Shown here one piece after another: positions 15,547 through 16,644 of a DNA stretch of 16,644 nucleotides; the stretch's first letter is position 1, and each line of letters begins with the position of its first letter. The position numbers were made by a program, and so were the translations under genes. This DNA is from a virus. The stretch lies in the UHGV virus genome UHGV-0060989; one strand, given 5' to 3'. The notes beneath the pieces are model-generated. The model had not been told where the DNA came from. It ran no database searches and saw nothing but the letters and a program-made list of their open reading frames with translations.

Positions 15547-16594
15547 GCGCCGGGATTTACCCCCTAACCTTTATATAAGAAACAATGGATATTACTGCTA
15601 CAGGGACCCAAGGACGGGTAAAGAGTTTGGATTAGGCCGAGACAGGCGAATCGCAATCACTGAAGCCATACAGGCCAACATTGAGTTATTTTCAGGACAC
15701 AAACACAAGCCTCTGACAGCGAGAATCAACAGTGATAATTCCGTTACGTTACATTCATGGCTTGATCGCTACGAAAAAATCCTGGCCAGCAGAGGAATCA
15801 AGCAGAAGACACTCATAAATTACATGAGCAAAATTAAAGCAATAAGGAGGGGTCTGCCTGATGCTCCACTTGAAGACATCACCACAAAAGAAATTGCGGC
15901 AATGCTCAATGGATACATAGACGAGGGCAAGGCGGCGTCAGCCAAGTTAATCAGATCAACACTGAGCGATGCATTCCGAGAGGCAATAGCTGAAGGCCAT
16001 ATAACAACAAACCCTGTCGCTGCCACTCGCGCAGCAAAATCAGAGGTAAGGAGATCAAGACTTACGGCTGACGAATACCTGAAAATTTATCAAGCAGCAG
16101 AATCATCACCATGTTGGCTCAGACTTGCAATGGAACTGGCTGTTGTTACCGGGCAACGAGTTGGTGATTTATGCGAAATGAAGTGGTCTGATATCGTAGA
16201 TGGATATCTTTATGTCGAGCAAAGCAAAACAGGCGTAAAAATTGCCATCCCAACAGCATTGCATGTTGATGCTCTCGGAATATCAATGAAGGAAACACTT
16301 GATAAATGCAAAGAGATTCTTGGCGGAGAAACCATAATTGCATCTACTCGTCGCGAACCGCTTTCATCCGGCACAGTATCAAGGTATTTTATGCGCGCAC
16401 GAAAAGCATCAGGTCTTTCCTTCGAAGGGGATCCGCCTACCTTTCACGAGTTGCGCAGTTTGTCTGCAAGACTCTATGAGAAGCAGATAAGCGATAAGTT
16501 TGCTCAACATCTTCTCGGGCATAAGTCGGACACCATGGCATCACAGTATCGTGATGACAGAGGCAGGGAGTGGGACAAAATTGAAATCAAATAA
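15524..16594 (+). CDS. int: Integrase Int (lambda-type tyrosine recombinase)
   Basis: 356 aa MGRRRSHERRDLPPNLYIRNNGYYCYRDPRTGKEFGLGRDRRIAITEAIQANIELFSGHKHKPL... matches lambda Int, including the catalytic C-terminal domain (HELRSLSARLY...LLGHKSDTMASQY). Confidence 0.97.
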   Translation: MGRRRSHERRDLPPNLYIRNNGYYCYRDPRTGKEFGLGRDRRIAITEAIQANIELFSGHKHKPLTARINSDNSVTLHSWLDRYEKILASRGIKQKTLINYMSKIKAIRRGLPDAPLEDITTKEIAAMLNGYIDEGKAASAKLIRSTLSDAFREAIAEGHITTNPVAATRAAKSEVRRSRLTADEYLKIYQAAESSPCWLRLAMELAVVTGQRVGDLCEMKWSDIVDGYLYVEQSKTGVKIAIPTALHVDALGISMKETLDKCKEILGGETIIASTRREPLSSGTVSRYFMRARKASGLSFEGDPPTFHELRSLSARLYEKQISDKFAQHLLGHKSDTMASQYRDDRGREWDKIEIK

Positions 16595-16644
16595 TGATTT
16601 TATTTTGACTGATAGTGACCTGTTCGTTGCAACAAATTGATAAG
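16595..16644. other. Distal part of the attP P' arm (Int arm-type sites and IHF H' site); core lies beyond the window end
   Basis: The reverse complement CTTATCAATTTGTTGCAACGAACAGGTCACTATCAGTCAAAATAAAATCA matches the lambda attP P' arm as I recall it. It carries TATCAATTTGTTG (IHF-like) and CAGGTCACTAT / CAGTCAAAAT (arm-type Int sites). Confidence 0.75.

Larger units (their letters stand above)
1..16644. mobile_element. Segment of a mosaic lambdoid temperate phage / prophage (late lysis, nin, replication, immunity, early-left and integration modules)
   Basis: Gene order and protein identities are collinear with lambda/P22-type phages: R, S, Q, nin genes, helicase, O-like, cII, cro, repressor, N, recT, xis, int, attP arm. 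Gene density is high, with many ATGA-type overlapping start/stop junctions. Confidence 0.9.

Overview
This 16.6 kb window looks like one contiguous stretch of a mosaic lambdoid temperate phage or prophage, in reverse orientation to the conventional lambda map. All calls come from reading the sequence and recalling protein families; no database search was run. Reading left to right: partial endolysin R and holin S (minus strand), two tRNA-like genes sitting between Q and S, a non-lambda Q antiterminator, a compact nin region (ninI, ninH, ninG, ninF, ninE, ninD, ninB, no ninC) with an HNH-AP2 homing endonuclease gene fused to the first codons of ninG, a tR2-like terminator, a DnaB-type helicase and an O-like initiator carrying an iteron origin, two small unlisted ORFs (one a standalone ClpX-type zinc finger), cII-like, nutR, cro, the OR/PR/PRM operator region, a P22-type c2 repressor, OL/pL, nutL and a phi21-type N. 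The plus-strand early-left operon follows: small AT-rich ORFs, tandem terminators, cIII-like, kil-like, RecT, a Gp157-like protein, several hypothetical proteins, a terminator-flanked small gene, then lambda-type xis, int and the distal P' arm of attP, with the core lying beyond the window end. I found no CRISPR array, no large defence-type proteins and no obvious multi-gene novel system. The most interesting points are the homing endonuclease invading ninG, the ClpX zinc-finger mini-protein translationally coupled to the replication initiator, the tRNA genes in the late leader, and the uncharacterised small ORFs at the immediate-early position after N.
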